64,000 bases of DNA. It comes from an uncultured Candidatus Saccharibacteria bacterium. GTDB taxonomy: Bacteria > Patescibacteriota > Saccharimonadia > Saccharimonadales > Saccharimonadaceae. Positions 30,759 through 41,104 of the stretch are shown here, one piece after another. Both the position numbers and the translations under genes were made by a program. The notes under the pieces were generated by a model that ran no database searches, was not told where the DNA came from, and worked only from the letters and a program-made list of their open reading frames with translations. Every line of letters starts with the position of its first letter. Positions within the stretch are counted from its first letter, which is position 1. The stretch spans positions 29,427 to 93,426 of the forward strand of contig CAURKX010000003.1 in NCBI GenBank assembly GCA_963525915.1. The letters run 5' to 3'.

Positions 30759-31577
30759 TTACAAGCCAAAAAGTTTTACCGTGTTATCGGTCGCTGCTTT
30801 TTCGAGGTCGTGAAGCACTAGCTTGCGCTCCGCCGCCCAATACTTTGCCACCAACTCCACATATTCTGGCTTATTCATCTTACCACGAAATGGCTTTGGT
30901 GTCAAGAATGGCGCATCGGTTTCTAGTAATAATCGCTCCAGCGGGACAGAAGCGAATAATTCTCGCTGCGTTTGGTCTTTGGTAAACGTGCTAATGCCAT
31001 TCAAACCAACATACAACCCACGAGCAAATCCCTTCTCCAAATTAAGGCGCGTATCAGTAAAACTGTGTAGTACACCGCGCACGCCATGGAAATTATCAAA
31101 AATCGGCCAAAAGTCATCCCACACCGACGGCTGGTCGGGCGCGCCATCGCGAATATGAAAACTAACAGGCACATCATAGTCCACCGCCAGCTGCAGCTGC
31201 GCCTCCAGCGCCTGAATTTGCACCTCGCGCGGGCTGTGATTGTAATAATAATCAAGGCCAATCTCACCAATCGCTACAATTGGTGAATTCTCCGCTCTAT
31301 TCTTCAACAATTGTTCTATCTCACCCCAGCCATCTTTGCTGTCGTGCGGATGAACGCCAACTGCCGCCCAGGCAAAGTCGCGATTTGCGGCAAACTCCAC
31401 GGCTTGCTGACTACTGCGCTGGTCAGTGCCAACACAAATCATGCCAATGCCCGCTGCAATTGACTGCTGGTATAGCTCCTCATGATTATCCGCGAAAAAC
31501 TCAGTGTCGTGCACATGACAATGCGAATCGATCAAACGCAAAGTTGTCGCTGTATTATTCTCTACTACCGGGCTCAT
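30759..31577 (-). CDS. tatD: TatD family hydrolase
   Basis: IDSHCH, GVHPH, AIGEIGLDY, FHIRD, GVLHSF, LLETDAPFLTP. Confidence 0.95.
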   Translation of the reverse strand: MSPVVENNTATTLRLIDSHCHVHDTEFFADNHEELYQQSIAAGIGMICVGTDQRSSQQAVEFAANRDFAWAAVGVHPHDSKDGWGEIEQLLKNRAENSPIVAIGEIGLDYYYNHSPREVQIQALEAQLQLAVDYDVPVSFHIRDGAPDQPSVWDDFWPIFDNFHGVRGVLHSFTDTRLNLEKGFARGLYVGLNGISTFTKDQTQRELFASVPLERLLLETDAPFLTPKPFRGKMNKPEYVELVAKYWAAERKLVLHDLEKAATDNTVKLFGL

Positions 31578-31579
31578 CG

Positions 31580-33091
31580 TTATTTACCTTGAGTTGCTAC
31601 TTTTGGCGCCCGCGGATCAGGTGTGTGCAGGTATTTACGCGGGAACAGTGGTGTCAGCTCTGGTGGCACAACGCCACTAGCAAACATGTCGTGAATCTTC
31701 TCAGCAGTTTGTGGCATGAATGGGCGCAGCATATCAGACACTTGTAGCAATGTACCGCAAGCATACGCCAAGATCTCGCCTAGGTGTGCTTCAGCTTCTG
31801 GGTCTTTGGCCCGTTTTTTGGCAACCTGCCACGGCTGGACGCGCTCGATGTACTGGTTCAATGAACGGATGATTTGCCAAATCTCATCCATGGCTTGGTT
31901 GAAGGCAAAGCTTTCCATGGAGTGGCGATACGGTCCCATGTCGTGTTCAGCTTGTGGCGCATCGCCAATGACACCTGCCTGATATGACTGCACCATCTTA
32001 GCCACGCGCTGCACCAAATTACCGAGATCATTGCCCAGCTCACCGTTGTACGCGGCTTCAAATTTCTCCCACGTAAAATCGCCGTCGTCCTGAGTTGGCA
32101 CGTGGCGCAGGAAATAATAGCGAAATGCCTCGACACCGTAGTGCGGGATGATGTCGGCTGGACCGACGCCGTTACCGAGACTCTTACCCATTTTGGCGCC
32201 ACCAACATTGATAAAGCCATGCACCAATAACACCTTTGGCAGTGGCAAGTCCAGCGCCATCAACATCGCTGGCCAAATTCCAGCGTGGAAACGAAGGATA
32301 TCCTTGCCAATCACCTGCACATTTGCTGGCCAAAACGCCTGCCATTCCTCTGGACGATCAGGATAACCAATGACCGTGATGTAATTGCTCAGCGCATCCA
32401 ACCAGACATACATCACCTGCGTATCATCGCCTGGCACCGGCACGCCCCAGCTAAGGTTCTTGCGCGGACGCGAAATTGACACATCCTTCAGGCCATCTTT
32501 CATCAATTCCAAAAACTCTTTTTTACGAAATTCAGGCACAATTTTCATCTTGTTTGATTCAATTGCCTGGCGAATGTTCTCCGAGAATGCGCTGGTTTTG
32601 AAATAATAATTCTCTTCACTCAGTCGTTGGTATGGCGACTGGTGGTCAGGGCAAATGCCATTATTTTCAGCCGCCTCCTTGTCAGTGACAAACGCCTCAC
32701 AGCCTTGACAGTACCAGCCCTCGTACGTGCTTTTGTAGATGTAGCCAGCCGCAGCCAACTTCTGCCAAATATACTGCACCGCGCCAACATGATGCGGATC
32801 AGTGGTGCGGATAAAGTCCGTCGCCGAAATATTCAACTCGGCAATCATGTTCTGGAAATTGCCATGCATTTGGTCAACATAGGCTTGCGGCGTCTGGTTT
32901 TGACTGGCAGCCTTGGCGGCAATTTTATTGCCATGCTCATCCACGCCCGTCTGGAAACGCACCTCACGGCCATTTTGCCGCTGATACCGCGTCCATACAT
33001 CTGCTAGCATATAGTCCATGGCGTGCCCGATGTGCGGCAAACCGTTGACATAAGGAATAGCGGTAGTGATATAGGCGTGTTGTTTAGTCAT
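31580..33091 (-). CDS. metG: Methionine--tRNA ligase (start likely 33091 or 33100)
   Basis: YITTAIPYVNGLPHIGH, GVDEHG, YVWLDAL, IGKDILRFH, KMGKS. Confidence 0.96.
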   Translation of the reverse strand: MTKQHAYITTAIPYVNGLPHIGHAMDYMLADVWTRYQRQNGREVRFQTGVDEHGNKIAAKAASQNQTPQAYVDQMHGNFQNMIAELNISATDFIRTTDPHHVGAVQYIWQKLAAAGYIYKSTYEGWYCQGCEAFVTDKEAAENNGICPDHQSPYQRLSEENYYFKTSAFSENIRQAIESNKMKIVPEFRKKEFLELMKDGLKDVSISRPRKNLSWGVPVPGDDTQVMYVWLDALSNYITVIGYPDRPEEWQAFWPANVQVIGKDILRFHAGIWPAMLMALDLPLPKVLLVHGFINVGGAKMGKSLGNGVGPADIIPHYGVEAFRYYFLRHVPTQDDGDFTWEKFEAAYNGELGNDLGNLVQRVAKMVQSYQAGVIGDAPQAEHDMGPYRHSMESFAFNQAMDEIWQIIRSLNQYIERVQPWQVAKKRAKDPEAEAHLGEILAYACGTLLQVSDMLRPFMPQTAEKIHDMFASGVVPPELTPLFPRKYLHTPDPRAPKVATQGK

Positions 33092-33148
33092 GCTACCCAT
33101 TGTATCATTATCTGGAACAATTTTCACCGATATACATTCGACGAGGGC

Positions 33149-33889
33149 TCACCCGCGCATCATTGCTACCACTGCAATGCGCCCCGCTGTATCACCCGAT
33201 GAGTGCGAAAAATAATTTGGATTGTCCGCTGTATCGATTGGCAAAATGAAAATGTTATCATCAGGAACGCCCGCCTGGATGGCTAGCGAACGATTGAACC
33301 CTTGCATATCCAGACAAATTCCATCAGCCGTTTGGCGGCAGAAATTGTGCCAATTCGTATCATTTGCATGATCAAAATAATCCATACGATAATTTTTCTG
33401 CGTGATGCTTGGCGACATCCAAATTTGTAAATCTTTTGCCTGACTACCCCGCCTGACAAAATACTGCACCGCCTGAGACATTAACTGCGCAACCGTCGAA
33501 TGCCGACCCAAATGCGCCAGCATAAGCGCCCGGCGTTTTGGATCATATATAACGGTGGCGATACAGTCCGCCACTGGTAACAACAAGCCGACGCCAGCCA
33601 TTTCGGTATAGAGCGCGTCAGCAAAAATCCCCTCGTTGTTGTATTTCACTGTGTCAGTTTCAGCAACTTCGACGGTAGCATCAAACGTTTGTGCTTGGTC
33701 ATATGAAATCACGTGATAGACAACGTCGTCGTAATTAATGCCAAGTTGATTACAAAACCGCCGCCGATTCTCCAGTACGTCGGCTACGTGACGACCACGA
33801 ATACGATCAAGCATGGTGCCGTCGTCTTTCGACGAAACCGCAACCAACAGGTCAGACGGAAAACACGTCGGCTGATCTGCTGCAATCAT
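33149..33889 (-). CDS. YfiH/PgeF (laccase-domain) family protein, divergent
   Basis: ADALYT...LPVADC..VIYDP...LAHLG...SPSI...YFSH; ATG overlaps the rsmA stop (ATGA). Confidence 0.8.
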   Translation of the reverse strand: MIAADQPTCFPSDLLVAVSSKDDGTMLDRIRGRHVADVLENRRRFCNQLGINYDDVVYHVISYDQAQTFDATVEVAETDTVKYNNEGIFADALYTEMAGVGLLLPVADCIATVIYDPKRRALMLAHLGRHSTVAQLMSQAVQYFVRRGSQAKDLQIWMSPSITQKNYRMDYFDHANDTNWHNFCRQTADGICLDMQGFNRSLAIQAGVPDDNIFILPIDTADNPNYFSHSSGDTAGRIAVVAMMRG

Positions 33890-34674
33890 CGCGCCCGCCA
33901 TTCTTTGAGCAACCGCTGCCAATCGTTAATTGCCAAATCTTCAGCACGAGCATCGGGTGAAATGCCAGCCTTTTTTAGCAACTGTTCGGCAGCACCTTTA
34001 CTAATAGCTAGCCCGCCGCTCAAGCTAGAACGCAACTTCTTACGCTTAGCAGAAAAACCAGCCTTAACAACACGGAAAAAATCTTTTTGATCTTCAGAAG
34101 CGACTAGTGGTTCGGTGTGAGTCCTCAATACCACCACCTGCGAATCAACTTTTGGCGGTGGCGTAAAGAATTGCCGTGGCACTTCAATGTCTAGTTCCGC
34201 CTCGGCAAACAGCTGCGCGCTGACCGCTAAAATGCTCATTTCGCCAGGCTCCGCCGCGATGCGCTGGGCGACCTCTTTCTGTACCAACAGCACCGCCAAG
34301 CTCGGCTTATTTTCCGCTGTCATCAACTTTTCAACAATTTTGCTGGTAATGTAGTACGGCACGTTGGCGACTACTTTATAGCCAGTTGGTAATTGATTTA
34401 AGTCAAATTGCAAGATATCTTCATTGATCACTTCCAGGTTTTTGCCAGGAAATTGCCCCGGTAACTTGCGCGCCAAATCCGCATCAAATTCTACTGCCAC
34501 CACGCGCCCGGCTCGCGCCAACAACCGGCTGGTCAACGTGCCAAGTCCTGGCCCAATCTCCAAAACCACATCATCTTTGCTCAGCTCCGCCGCCTCAGCA
34601 ATCTCTGCCAAAACCTCTGGGTCGCGCAGCCAGTGCTGGCCTAATTCTTTTTTCGGCCCACGCGCTGACGCCAT
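33886..34674 (-). CDS. rsmA: 16S rRNA dimethyladenosine transferase
   Basis: KKELGQHWL, LEIGPGLG, VANVPYYIT, QKEVAQRI, FTPPPKVDS. Confidence 0.97.
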   Translation of the reverse strand: MASARGPKKELGQHWLRDPEVLAEIAEAAELSKDDVVLEIGPGLGTLTSRLLARAGRVVAVEFDADLARKLPGQFPGKNLEVINEDILQFDLNQLPTGYKVVANVPYYITSKIVEKLMTAENKPSLAVLLVQKEVAQRIAAEPGEMSILAVSAQLFAEAELDIEVPRQFFTPPPKVDSQVVVLRTHTEPLVASEDQKDFFRVVKAGFSAKRKKLRSSLSGGLAISKGAAEQLLKKAGISPDARAEDLAINDWQRLLKEWRAR

Positions 34675-35376
34675 CTAACGTCCGTCCCCGTTCGTCCAGT
34701 CAGTCGCTAGGTCAAACCCATGTGGATGTCGCACGGCAAAACCGCCGGTATCATACACCTTGCCAGGACCCATGCTGGTTTCCACTACCGAGCAGCGCGG
34801 ATAATTACCATAATTTGCCGCCACCAAAATGTAGCCATCCTTGTCCACTTTAGCGCCGTCTGCCCGCACGGTATAACCACCGCCGCCGCAGGCATTGATG
34901 ACGACATTCATCGGCAGGTCATAGTAGGTTTCGCGGTGTGATATGCCCCGTGAGTCGGTAAACTGCTGGGTACTTTTGGCTTTAGTTAAAGCATTAGGCA
35001 ACCTGGCACCAACAATCTCTATCTGTGCCACAGGCTGATTGGTAATTTGTTCAGCAACTTTATTTTTTGCAATTTCTGTGCCGTCACCCTTCACTTTCAC
35101 GCTATGTGTGACTTGCTTAGAGCCAACAGCACCCGCCTGTTGCACCTGCTTAAAACCAACGGCGTGTGCGTAACTTTTTGCTGATTGTACCTCAAACTGG
35201 ACCGGCTCTTCGGTGATGACGGTATATTCGTGAACTGATTCTCTTTCAGTATTTTGAGCGAGTTTTCTTTGGACTGACGATACCGCCAAAAAGACAGTCA
35301 ATGCTGTTGCGGCCATTAGCCCTGTTACCATCACTGCTACTTTTGGAGTTCTCAGTAAAAACCAATACCGCTTCAT
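34675..35376 (-). CDS. Membrane-anchored G5-domain protein with small C-terminal (3D/DPBB-like) domain
   Basis: TM; G5-like QQAGAVGSKQVT...PVAQIEIVG; C-terminal SVVETSMGPGKVYDTGG..FDLA. Confidence 0.7.
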   Translation of the reverse strand: MKRYWFLLRTPKVAVMVTGLMAATALTVFLAVSSVQRKLAQNTERESVHEYTVITEEPVQFEVQSAKSYAHAVGFKQVQQAGAVGSKQVTHSVKVKGDGTEIAKNKVAEQITNQPVAQIEIVGARLPNALTKAKSTQQFTDSRGISHRETYYDLPMNVVINACGGGGYTVRADGAKVDKDGYILVAANYGNYPRCSVVETSMGPGKVYDTGGFAVRHPHGFDLATDWTNGDGR

Positions 35377-35400
35377 GTACTTCCTAGAGATTACCTGACG

Positions 35401-36606
35401 TTACCGATAGATATCCTGTAGACCCATCCTTACCTTACAACTTGGCCATGGTTGCCAACCGCGGGCTTTGTATGTCTGCCATGCTTTTTCGTCCTGCACT
35501 GATGGCGGAGCCTCAGAAGCTACCGAATAACCACCAAAGCCTCCCCATGTGCGCTTGTCAAATTGATAGGCGCCATAATAGCCGTTTCCGGTGTTTGATG
35601 TATAACTTCCTTCACAACTTCTCAACCGTGCCAAGGCCTCAGAAAAACTACCAGAGAAGGTGTTGGCACTCTTGGCGCCCACCACCTCAACTCGCTTCTT
35701 TGGCTCAACAGTTGTAACACTGGCAATGATCCGGCGCGAGACTTCCTGCCCATTTCTCATCTCAATCTCATAGGTAACGTTCTTTTTACCTGGTGCACCA
35801 GCTTCCTTGACCTGCTTGAAACCAGTCTCTCGATTGGCATCTTTGACCTGCTCAACAGGGGCGGCAATCTCTTCTTCAACAGTAACCGTCTGCTTACCAT
35901 TACGCCAGACACTGAGGTGCATACCAGCGGTAATAGGCGTTGATTCGGGGACGGACAAGCCGTCATCCTTCCCGAGCATCACGTTTTTCTCGCGCAATAA
36001 TTCTCCGACTGTGCGAGCCATCGTTCTCACCTCTGTAGTTTTACCATAAAGCGTCAATTGCAATGGTGTAGCTCGGTGAATTTTCAAAATAACATCAGCG
36101 CCGTCCAACAAAAAATCGCTTGGTGGTTCAATGGTTGTTTTATCTTCAGGATAAATGGTCACACCCGCGGCTTGCGCTATCAGTGGCGTGGTCTGCTGAG
36201 CGGTCACCACACGAACTCGATGTGTGCCGTCCGCTACTGTTACTGGCCGTGCACGATAGATATTAACGTTATATTTCGTGGACACCAACTGAGTGTCAAG
36301 GCTCGGTTCAACAACATCATGCTTTTCATCAACCGAAATATCGGCCGCCTTCAGGGCTTCTTTGACGGTCCCAACAGTAGTGACGATGGATCGTTCTTGG
36401 CCCCGGTCATGAATCGTTACTACCTTTTCGCCATTTGGAGCAGCCGTATTTGATTCCTGAACCTGATCCCGAGCTAGAGCATTGTCGACAAGCTTTACGC
36501 TCGCAATTCCAAAGACAGCAATCGCTACGACTATCATCATTCGAGCTGTATTGTGGTGAATTTTCAGTCCAAATTTCATACTCATAGCGAAAAACGCTCT
36601 ATTCAT
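35401..36606 (-). CDS. RpfB-like resuscitation-promoting factor (DUF348 repeats, G5, Rpf transglycosylase); exact start uncertain
   Basis: DUF348-type repeats (TVGTVKEALKAADI, TVGELLREKNVMLGKDD); G5; Rpf domain LRSCEGSYTSNTGNGYYGAYQF..TW...QGW-like RGWQPWPSC. Confidence 0.88.
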   Translation of the reverse strand: MNRAFFAMSMKFGLKIHHNTARMMIVVAIAVFGIASVKLVDNALARDQVQESNTAAPNGEKVVTIHDRGQERSIVTTVGTVKEALKAADISVDEKHDVVEPSLDTQLVSTKYNVNIYRARPVTVADGTHRVRVVTAQQTTPLIAQAAGVTIYPEDKTTIEPPSDFLLDGADVILKIHRATPLQLTLYGKTTEVRTMARTVGELLREKNVMLGKDDGLSVPESTPITAGMHLSVWRNGKQTVTVEEEIAAPVEQVKDANRETGFKQVKEAGAPGKKNVTYEIEMRNGQEVSRRIIASVTTVEPKKRVEVVGAKSANTFSGSFSEALARLRSCEGSYTSNTGNGYYGAYQFDKRTWGGFGGYSVASEAPPSVQDEKAWQTYKARGWQPWPSCKVRMGLQDIYR

Positions 36607-36637
36607 TATAGCAGAACTCGCTCATATTAGCAACCGA

Positions 36638-38743
36638 CTAGCACTTTTCTAATCGAGCAAACTCAACATTGAGCTTTTTGGTTTTACCATTTTCAAAAGC
36701 CACCACCACTGCTAAGCCATCAACTTCCATGATCTCACCAACACCAAATTGTGGACTGCGCACCCTGTCGCCAACATCCAAACCAATTTCATCACTGTAA
36801 AATTCAGGTTCGGGGACAAAACTCGACGAAGCAGGCTTGTCCAAGCCGCCGCTCAAAATACCCATCTCGTCTAAGAATCGTGACGGCAAATTGTACGCTA
36901 TTTGTCCAAATTGCGTCCTGGAGCTAGCACAGGTGATGAATAATTCTTGGCGAGCACGCGTGATACCGACATAGCAAAGCCGCCGTTCTTCTTCGACGTC
37001 CTCAGACTTACCGCCATCAAACACCCGGGAGTGTGGTAATATCCCTTCCTCCAAACCAGTCAGAAATACCACTGGAAATTCCAAACCCTTCGCTGCGTGC
37101 AGCGTCATCAGGGTGATTTGCTCGTTCGCTTGGTCATCACTAGCAGACATCAACGCCATTTCTTCCAGGAAGGTCGGTACATCAATATACGCCTTGGCTT
37201 CAGCCACCAAGACGCCCAGGTTTTCCATTTTTTCTTCTGATTGCACGCTGCCGTCATTGATGAATATGCCATACCCTGTTTGATCAATAATTTTTTCAAT
37301 CACATCGGCTGGCGCCTCGTCAATCGACTCTTGTAAACTACTGAGTAGCGTCCCGAGCTCATGCAGCGAATACTTGGCGCGTGGTGTCAGTCCCTGTGCC
37401 TCATTGACCGCCAACAGCCCATCAATGACAGTCGTCCCTTGTTCATCATTCCACGCCAAAAATTTAGCCACACTCACCGCGCCAATACCTCGTTTCGGCA
37501 GGTTAACAATTCGTGAAAAACTCATCCTGTCGCTGGGCTGATATAGCAGCCGCAAATACGCCAAGACATCTTTGACAACCGCTCGGTCCAGGAACCGCAA
37601 CCCGCCCATAATTTTGTACGGCAAATAGTTTTGGCGCAGCGCCCGTTCAATTGCGTAACTTTGTGCATTGGTCCGATACAACACAGCGACGTCATCCGGT
37701 GAGCGCCCAACACTCAGCTGGCGCCGTATCTCATTGGCGATCACCTGAGCTTCCTCGGCCTCAGAATAGAGCTGCCACAGCTGCGGTTCAGCGCCGTCAC
37801 CGCTATTTGTCCAAAGATTTTTATCAGTCCGATTGACGTTGTGCTGGATGAGATTATTCGCCAAATTCAGAATTGAGCCAGTCGAGCGGTAATTTTGCTC
37901 CAACTTAATGACCACCGCTCCAGGAAAATCTCGTTCAAAATTGAGGATATTGGTATAGTCAGCGCCGCGAAAACTATAGATTGACTGAGCATCATCGCCA
38001 ACTACTGAAAGATTTCGCTCTGGCCCAACCAATAATTTAATCAGTGTGTATTGTACCGTGTTCGTGTCTTGGTATTCGTCAATCAGAATATGCTGAAATT
38101 GCTGCTGCCATTTTTGACGAATGCCAGGATGCGTCTTAAACAGTTCGACAACTTTCAGCAACAAATCATCAAAATCAAGCGCCGCCGCCTGACGAAGTGC
38201 CTTCTCATATGCTTGAAACAGTGCGCCAATTCGCTGCTGGACGGGGCTTGACGCTGACGCCACATATGCCTCCGGATCTATCATGTCATTTTTTGCATGA
38301 GAGATGGCAGACAACACCGAACGTGGCTTAATGTCACGGTCAGTCAGACCTTGCGCCTTCATGATTTGCTTGATCAAGCTCAATTGGTCGTCTGTATCAT
38401 AAATCACAAATCGTTTATCCAGGCCCAACACCATTCCATCCATGCGTAATATACGCACACAGATACTATGAAATGTTCCCATCCACGGCATAAACCGACG
38501 GTCGTCTGGATTTTCATGCAGCAACACCGCCAGTCGCTGCCTCATTTCTTTGGCAGCCTTGTTCGTAAATGTCACTGCCAAAATATGACTTGGCCAAATA
38601 TTCTTCTGCGACACCAAGTAGGCTATTCGGTGCGTCAGCGTCTTCGTTTTGCCACTACCAGCACCAGCCAAGATTAACAATGGCCCAGACTCATGCTTAA
38701 CCGCCCGGAGTTGCTCTGGATTCAGTTCTGTCAATATGTCCAT
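36638..38743 (-). CDS. pcrA: ATP-dependent DNA helicase PcrA/UvrD (start likely 38743)
   Basis: LAGAGSGKT, TFTNKAAKEM, IDEYQDTN, VGDDAQSIYSFRGA, TLHAAKGLEF, EERRLCYVGITRA. Confidence 0.96.
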   Translation of the reverse strand: MDILTELNPEQLRAVKHESGPLLILAGAGSGKTKTLTHRIAYLVSQKNIWPSHILAVTFTNKAAKEMRQRLAVLLHENPDDRRFMPWMGTFHSICVRILRMDGMVLGLDKRFVIYDTDDQLSLIKQIMKAQGLTDRDIKPRSVLSAISHAKNDMIDPEAYVASASSPVQQRIGALFQAYEKALRQAAALDFDDLLLKVVELFKTHPGIRQKWQQQFQHILIDEYQDTNTVQYTLIKLLVGPERNLSVVGDDAQSIYSFRGADYTNILNFERDFPGAVVIKLEQNYRSTGSILNLANNLIQHNVNRTDKNLWTNSGDGAEPQLWQLYSEAEEAQVIANEIRRQLSVGRSPDDVAVLYRTNAQSYAIERALRQNYLPYKIMGGLRFLDRAVVKDVLAYLRLLYQPSDRMSFSRIVNLPKRGIGAVSVAKFLAWNDEQGTTVIDGLLAVNEAQGLTPRAKYSLHELGTLLSSLQESIDEAPADVIEKIIDQTGYGIFINDGSVQSEEKMENLGVLVAEAKAYIDVPTFLEEMALMSASDDQANEQITLMTLHAAKGLEFPVVFLTGLEEGILPHSRVFDGGKSEDVEEERRLCYVGITRARQELFITCASSRTQFGQIAYNLPSRFLDEMGILSGGLDKPASSSFVPEPEFYSDEIGLDVGDRVRSPQFGVGEIMEVDGLAVVVAFENGKTKKLNVEFARLEKC

Positions 38744-38747
38744 GCTA

Positions 38748-40316
38748 CTATTGTACCAGCAAGAAGTAATATGCGGCAGCTCCGCCACCAGCACCCAACA
38801 GTAGCAAAATCAAAATGATGATAAAGCTCATCACTCCAGATGGCTTCTTCTCTTCGACAGGTTGCGGTTGAGCTGCAGCCGCTTCAAACATCGGAGCAGG
38901 CTCTGGTGTCGATGTCTCTACTGGCTCGTTTGAACTCATCACTGAGGCTGCTGCTTGCTGCTTAAACGATGGCGCCGATTGAGGAGTATTCTCGCTTTCT
39001 ACCTCCGCCGCAGGCTGTTCATGTCCCACAGCACTCTCTTCAGGGGCGTCCGCCTGAGCAGCACTTAATTCATTAGTCAGTGAGTCTAGTTCAGCAACCG
39101 TAGCAGCCACTTCTGGCGTTTGCTCTTCTTCAGGAGCTTCACTGTTAGCATCAGCCAATTCACCCTTAATCCCCATTTCCAAAGCCATGAGCTCTCGGTC
39201 GAGGTCAGAATTCATGCCAACTGACTCTTCAGCTGCTACCTCTGAGCTTGGCTCAAGGCTCAGCCGTGGCTTACCGCCAAGGTCATTTTTCTCTGGCGCT
39301 GGACGCGCATCATCCGTCGCTTCAGTACCCATCAAGTCTGGGCTGACCATGGAGACTTCGCCATTCTCATCAGAAGTATTACCGGCGCCATATGAGCCCA
39401 ATGGACGCTTTTCTATGGTTGCGCTAGCATTGCTCAAAAACGGTGAAGCCAACGATGACGAGGTTGGCTGCCCTGCCGCTGTTTCGCCAAAGCTTGATGT
39501 ATCTGCCGACTGGTCGGTTGATGACAATGACTGAGAAATAGCATTTGCCAACTCTGTGGTATCTAAGGTCGGCGCTGCCGTCTCAGCTGGCGTGTTGCTT
39601 GACGCTGACTCGTGGCCGCCAGACGCATCCATGCGCGGTGCCCGTACTGGGTTGACCATTGGATCAGCCACCACTGTGTTGGTGCGAGCTGCTGCCGATG
39701 CTGGACGCGTGCTCATAGCAGCTGCACTCATTGACGATGGCGCTACCACGTCCATGACACGACCCGTGTGCCGTGGAGTGACTGGTGGAACAAACACTGG
39801 TTTCTCCGTCTTGTCTTCAGCTTCGGGCGCTGGGGTTTCATCAGTAGCCTGATCTGTCACAGCTGCCTCTGATGGCTCCGGCTGAGCTGGCTCTTCTACA
39901 ACAAACCCTGGCTGGGTGTTGGTAGCTTCAGGACTGTGAGTAGCTTCTGATTCAGGTGTGATCTCAGGCTTCACTTCAGGCACAACCTCGGGCTTTGCCT
40001 CAGGCGCAATGAAAACATGACCAGATGTTGACACTGGCGCCGTCGGTTCTTCAGCTGGCGCTGGCTCTTTAGGTTCATTACTCTCAGATATAGGTTTAAT
40101 CTCAGTTTTCTCAACCTCAGCCGTAGGAGCAGCATCAGCCGCCTGGCTGTCAGCTACCGAAGTTGTCTCAGGTTTTTTATCATCAGCCACGGAAGCTATT
40201 TCGGTCTTTTTGTCATCAGCCGCTGGACTATCTGAAGCACGGTCGCTGTCCTGCCGGCGCTGATTCATCAGTGAATTCACCGCCCTGTCCAGTTCCTCAA
40301 AGTCAATATCTGTCAT
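38748..40316 (-). CDS. Hypothetical acidic, Pro/Ala/Ser/Glu-rich disordered protein with C-terminal TM anchor
   Basis: 522-aa low-complexity ORF ending FIIILILLLLGAGGGAAAYYFLL; ATGA overlap with the tpiA stop. Confidence 0.75.
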   Translation of the reverse strand: MTDIDFEELDRAVNSLMNQRRQDSDRASDSPAADDKKTEIASVADDKKPETTSVADSQAADAAPTAEVEKTEIKPISESNEPKEPAPAEEPTAPVSTSGHVFIAPEAKPEVVPEVKPEITPESEATHSPEATNTQPGFVVEEPAQPEPSEAAVTDQATDETPAPEAEDKTEKPVFVPPVTPRHTGRVMDVVAPSSMSAAAMSTRPASAAARTNTVVADPMVNPVRAPRMDASGGHESASSNTPAETAAPTLDTTELANAISQSLSSTDQSADTSSFGETAAGQPTSSSLASPFLSNASATIEKRPLGSYGAGNTSDENGEVSMVSPDLMGTEATDDARPAPEKNDLGGKPRLSLEPSSEVAAEESVGMNSDLDRELMALEMGIKGELADANSEAPEEEQTPEVAATVAELDSLTNELSAAQADAPEESAVGHEQPAAEVESENTPQSAPSFKQQAAASVMSSNEPVETSTPEPAPMFEAAAAQPQPVEEKKPSGVMSFIIILILLLLGAGGGAAAYYFLLVQ

Positions 40317-41086
40317 TTCCCCTCCCGATTGCTGTTATGTGCTTTTTCTATAATATCGATAAATTGATAGGCGTCCAAACTAGCACCACCGATCAACAAA
40401 CCATCGATTCCATCAATACGCAAATAATCACTTGCCTTTTCAACCGTTATGCTACCGCCGTACAAGATTCTCACCTCAGTTGCAGCTTTTTTGCCAAATA
40501 GCTGCTGAATTTGACGACGAATCGTCTTAATGGCTCGTCGCACGTCAGCTGGATTGGCACTTTCTCCGGTACCAATTGCCCAAACTGGCTCATAGGCGAT
40601 CACGATGCGGTCAAACTCATCAGCTGTCACATTTGCCAAACCGCTCAGCAGCTGATCGTGCAGTGCATCAGCCGTTTCGCCAAGGGTTTTTTCTTGTAGC
40701 GTTTCGCCAATACACAGGATTGGTTGCAAATGATTACGCAGCGCGGCTTGAACTTTCAATCTGATGTCGCGGTCACGCTCCTGGAAAACATAGCGCCGCT
40801 CCGAATGTCCAACAATGACATAATCAACCAGCCCGCGCAGATGAGCCGCTGGCACTTCGCCGGTGTAATTACCATAGTCACGCCAGTAACAATTCTGAGC
40901 TGCCAGCTTGATGAGTCGGCGATTTACTTGTAGACTCAGGCTCTGAAGCGTCAAAATCGTTGGCGCGACTACCGTTTCTACATCACGATGCGACGAAATC
41001 ATCTTCATCAGCTTGTGCAGATAAAGACTTGCTTCTTGCATAGCTAGGTGCATTTTCCAGTTGCCAACGATTAACTTCTTGCCCAT
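40313..41086 (-). CDS. tpiA: Triosephosphate isomerase
   Basis: IVGNWKM, VGHSERR, AYEPVWAIGTG, LYGGS, LIGGASL. Confidence 0.98.
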   Translation of the reverse strand: MGKKLIVGNWKMHLAMQEASLYLHKLMKMISSHRDVETVVAPTILTLQSLSLQVNRRLIKLAAQNCYWRDYGNYTGEVPAAHLRGLVDYVIVGHSERRYVFQERDRDIRLKVQAALRNHLQPILCIGETLQEKTLGETADALHDQLLSGLANVTADEFDRIVIAYEPVWAIGTGESANPADVRRAIKTIRRQIQQLFGKKAATEVRILYGGSITVEKASDYLRIDGIDGLLIGGASLDAYQFIDIIEKAHNSNREGK

Positions 41087-41104
41087 ATATTCCCCTTATG
41101 CTTT

